Source: Cyanophora paradoxa CCMP329 (lineage: Eukaryota > Plantae > Glaucophyta). Taken from it: 31,062 bases of DNA. The stretch is from contig QPMI01000653.1 of NCBI GenBank assembly GCA_004431415.1, forward strand, positions 1-31,062. Reading direction: 5' to 3'. The translations under genes and the position numbers were made by a program. Under the pieces are notes generated by a model that searched no databases, was not told where the DNA came from, and saw only the letters and a program-made list of their open reading frames with translations. Every line of letters begins with the position of its first letter. Positions within the stretch are counted from its first letter, which is position 1. This document shows positions 28,386-31,062 of this stretch, piece after piece.

Positions 28386-31062
28386 ATGGAACTTGCCGAG
28401 GGGCCGCTCTGCATCGCCGGGCCGAGGGGCGCCGCGGGGCCCGTCCCCGCGCCGAAGCGCGCCAGGGACGGGGCGGCGGCGCCGGCGGGCGTCGCCCCCC
28501 CCGCGCGCAGCCCTCGGTGCCGCCCGCCTCGGACGTCGACCCTGCCAGCGCCGCCCTCTTTGTCAAGATCGGGCGCCCGGGGCGCGCAGGACGCCATCTA
28601 CCGCACCTCGTGGCGGCGGTCCCCTCGACGCCTCGCCGGCGTGCAGGGCGCCCCGTCGGCGTCCCGCCCCCGCAACGTCGCCCAAGTCTGCCTCCAGCCG
28701 GCCGTCCGGCTGCGCGACGGACGCGCCGCCAAGCTCGCCTTTCTGGGCGCCTTTGACCTGGACGTGCACGTCGAGGTGCCGGCCGAGGTCTGCGAGGGGG
28801 CGGTGGGCGACGCGCAGCGGGCCAGTGCAAGAAAGAGTACCTCTGCGGCGTCCTGGCCGAGGCGCGCACGCTGGGCGAGTACTGCCGCCGCCTCCCCGAC
28901 GTGGCCCGCGTCGCCCGCCTCGCCACGACCTCGCCGCCGCCTGCGAGGCGTCCGGCCTGCGCGCCCTCGTCGTCTTCAGCGGGCTCAAGGGGTTCCACGT
29001 CGTCGTGATGGAGCGCGAGCTGATCGCCCGCTCCGAGGCGCCCGCCTCTACGACGCCGAGGACCTGCGCCAGTGGGAGCTCAGGCGCGCCCGCGCCCGCG
29101 CCCGCTTCCCGGGCGACTGGAAGCGGGCCTCGCGGTCGGCCGGCACGCGCGCCGTGCCCGGCATGGTCGACAAGAGGCGGTCCTCGTGGCGCGGCGCCGA
29201 CGCCCCTCGCGGCCGTCGTGAGCCCTGGATGGAGCGCAAGCTCGGGCCCGCGTCACCGGCGCCCTGCTCGAGGCGGGGGCCGTGGACGTGAGCACTGGAA
29301 CCCGAACTGCGGGATGCGCGAGGACACGCACTACCACGGCTGGACGCTGCGCTACCCGGTGGCGATCGCCGACCGGACCGCCCTCGTCGATCCCGCCCGC
29401 GGCGACGCCGTCGACCTCTGCACGGCGCGGGCCGACCCCCGCCATCGTCGCCTGGAACCGCGACTTTCTACGCCTGGCTCCGCTCCGCCCTCGCCGAGGC
29501 CCTTCTTCCTCGACCTCCCGGCCCTCCCGCGCCCGCCGGCGCCGGCGCCGACCTCGCCCGCCGGCCGCCCCAAGCGAGAGGCAGAGGGCGCCGCGAAGAG
29601 GGCGGTCGGCCGCGCGGCCGCGGGCCCAAGCCCCCGCCGCGGCGCGCCGGGCGCGACCGACCCGGCCCCCCGCCGCGGCGCCGCGGTCGATCCGAGCGGG
29701 CCCGAGGTGCCGCCGGACCGCCTCCGCCTCGCCCGCGCCGTCTACCCCGCCGAGAGCGGCCGGGAGTGGGAGCGCCAGGGCGGCGAGGTCGAGGCCTACG
29801 TCTCGCGCCCCGCCGGCGGGCCTGCCTCCACGGGCGCGTCCACAGCAGCCAGAACACGCGCCTCGCCGTCGCCCCGTTTGGGGCGTGGGCGTGCTGGCGG
29901 GCTCCGCCCACTGCTTCAGCCTCGCGTGCGCCGAGCGGCCGCTGCGGGGCGCCCTCGCCTTTGCCGAGGGGCTCCCCGCCGCCGCCGCCCGAGGCCGCCG
30001 AGGCCCTCGGCCGCTGGCTCCCGCTCCTCTCCGAGGCGGCCAACGCCGCGATCGCCGCCGCCGCGCCGCCCGCGAGCTCCCGCCCCTCGTGCTCCCGGAC
30101 GCGGCGGCGGCGCCGTACCCGGCCCGCGCCGACCTGGGCACCGACACCGTCGAGTACGCGTCAAGGCCCCCTGCGCCCTCTGCGGCGACCGCCGCGGCCT
30201 CGTGCGCGTCGACGCCCTCGAGGGGACGGCCCGCGCCCACGCTGCGACGCCTGCGAGGAGGCCAAGGCGGCGGAGGCGGCGGCCGCCGCCGGCGCCCGGC
30301 TCGGGCCCGGGCCCGGGCCCAAAGCGGCGCCCGAGGTCCGCCTGGGGCGCGCCTGGACCTCGTCGATCTCGGCGTGCAGCGGGCCGTGCACCGCGGCCAC
30401 CGTCGGCCCGCCGTCGCCGCCGGCCTCCTCCCCGCGTCGACGGGCCTGCTGGGGGCGACGGAGCCGCGGGCGACCAGCCGCCCATGTCGGCGGCGCGCCA
30501 GAAGTTCGTGGCGGGGCTGGCGCGCACCTGAGGAGCGGCTGGCGGCCCCCGCCGGCTCCCCCGACGGCCGACCCCCTGGAGGTGGGCGCCCGAGCAGGCG
30601 GCCTCTGGGCCGCGCGTCCGCTCCGAGCCTCGGGAGGCCGCTGGCGCCGCCGGCGGGGCGGCCCGACCTGGAGGCGGCGTGGCTGGGGATCGACGACGAC
30701 GCCGGGGGCGAGGGCCGAACCGGCGCTACGTCGACGGGGCGCGCATCTCCCGCGAGCTCGAGGGCCCCGAGGGGCAGGCGCGCACCCTCTTCCTGCGGGG
30801 GGGCATGGGGACGGCAAGACGCGCGCCTGCGTCTCGATCTCCCGCGCGATCGTGGCCGACCCGGCCGCTTCGGCGTCCGCTTCGCCGAGGGGCAGCGGCT
30901 CCATCCTCTACCTCGTCGCGGGGCGGCTGCACGCGCCCGAGATTCAGCGGGACCCCGAGTGGGCGACGGTGGCGCGGTGGGTCTCGTACGCGCGTGCGGG
31001 ACGGGGCGCCCGACGCCGCCGCGCTCCTCAGCACCGTCGAGTCGGTCCGGCGCTTCGACGGG
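28386..31062 (+). CDS. AEP primase-polymerase + Zn fingers + UL9/origin-binding-protein-like SF2 helicase (heavily frameshifted, runs off window end)
   Basis: AEP motif I AFDLDV (28752-28763) and motif II VVFSGLKGFHVVV (28978-28998). PrimPol/UL52-type Zn motif CLHGRVHSSQN...HCFSLAC (~29823-29929) and a second CALC...CDAC. Helicase: RYVD...TLFLRGGMGT(G)KT Walker A (~30781-30822), SILYLVAGR, WVSY, LLSTVESVRRF. Confidence 0.8.

Larger units (their letters stand above)
1785..31062. mobile_element. Part of a large endogenous virus-like or integrative self-replicating DNA element (boundaries not visible)
   Basis: Tyrosine recombinase, primase-helicase, GIY-YIG nuclease, histone, F-box and RING genes co-occur with one dispersed repeat family that links the whole window. 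No capsid gene recognised. Confidence 0.65.

Noticed and set aside
27288-30531. The 667-aa and 996-aa ORFs as real proteins
   Set aside because: They are mosaics of RING-gene antisense, promoter DNA and short in-frame pieces of the frameshifted primase gene.
1-31062. Naming the host species or virus group
   Set aside because: Intron style (GTGCGC/GTGAG...CGCAG, mostly 55-125 nt, GC-rich) suggests a GC-rich unicellular eukaryote, but no marker gene in the window allows an assignment without a database search.

Overview
GC-rich eukaryotic-style DNA with short spliceosomal introns and many 1-bp frameshifts that look like uncorrected long-read errors. It reads as part of a large virus-like or self-replicating mobile element rather than ordinary host chromosome. 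After manual splicing and frameshift repair I find: (i) one multi-exon gene (12035-17056) fusing putative Bro-N/SKI-like DNA-binding repeats, a Ulp1/SENP (C48) protease, a tyrosine recombinase and a C2H2 finger; (ii) a divergently transcribed, highly derived 7-exon histone H3 variant (9795-10876, minus) that the ORF track does not show; (iii) an SLX1-like GIY-YIG nuclease; (iv) an AEP primase-polymerase + Zn fingers + UL9/origin-binding-type SF2 helicase gene running off the window end; (v) two paralogous F-box proteins and a RING-HC protein; (vi) several hypothetical genes. About 33 near-exact plus about 4 degenerate copies of a 34-bp core (GGGGTACAggCgCCGTAGCCGGAATCGACCAGGC) sit in ~120-135-bp tandem units at four intergenic loci. 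Each unit is a GTAC-bounded imperfect palindrome, and two composite arrays form an inverted pair around ~23 kb. No capsid, packaging ATPase or family B DNA polymerase gene was recognised, so the element class and host are unresolved. Domain calls come from motif reading by eye, not database searches.
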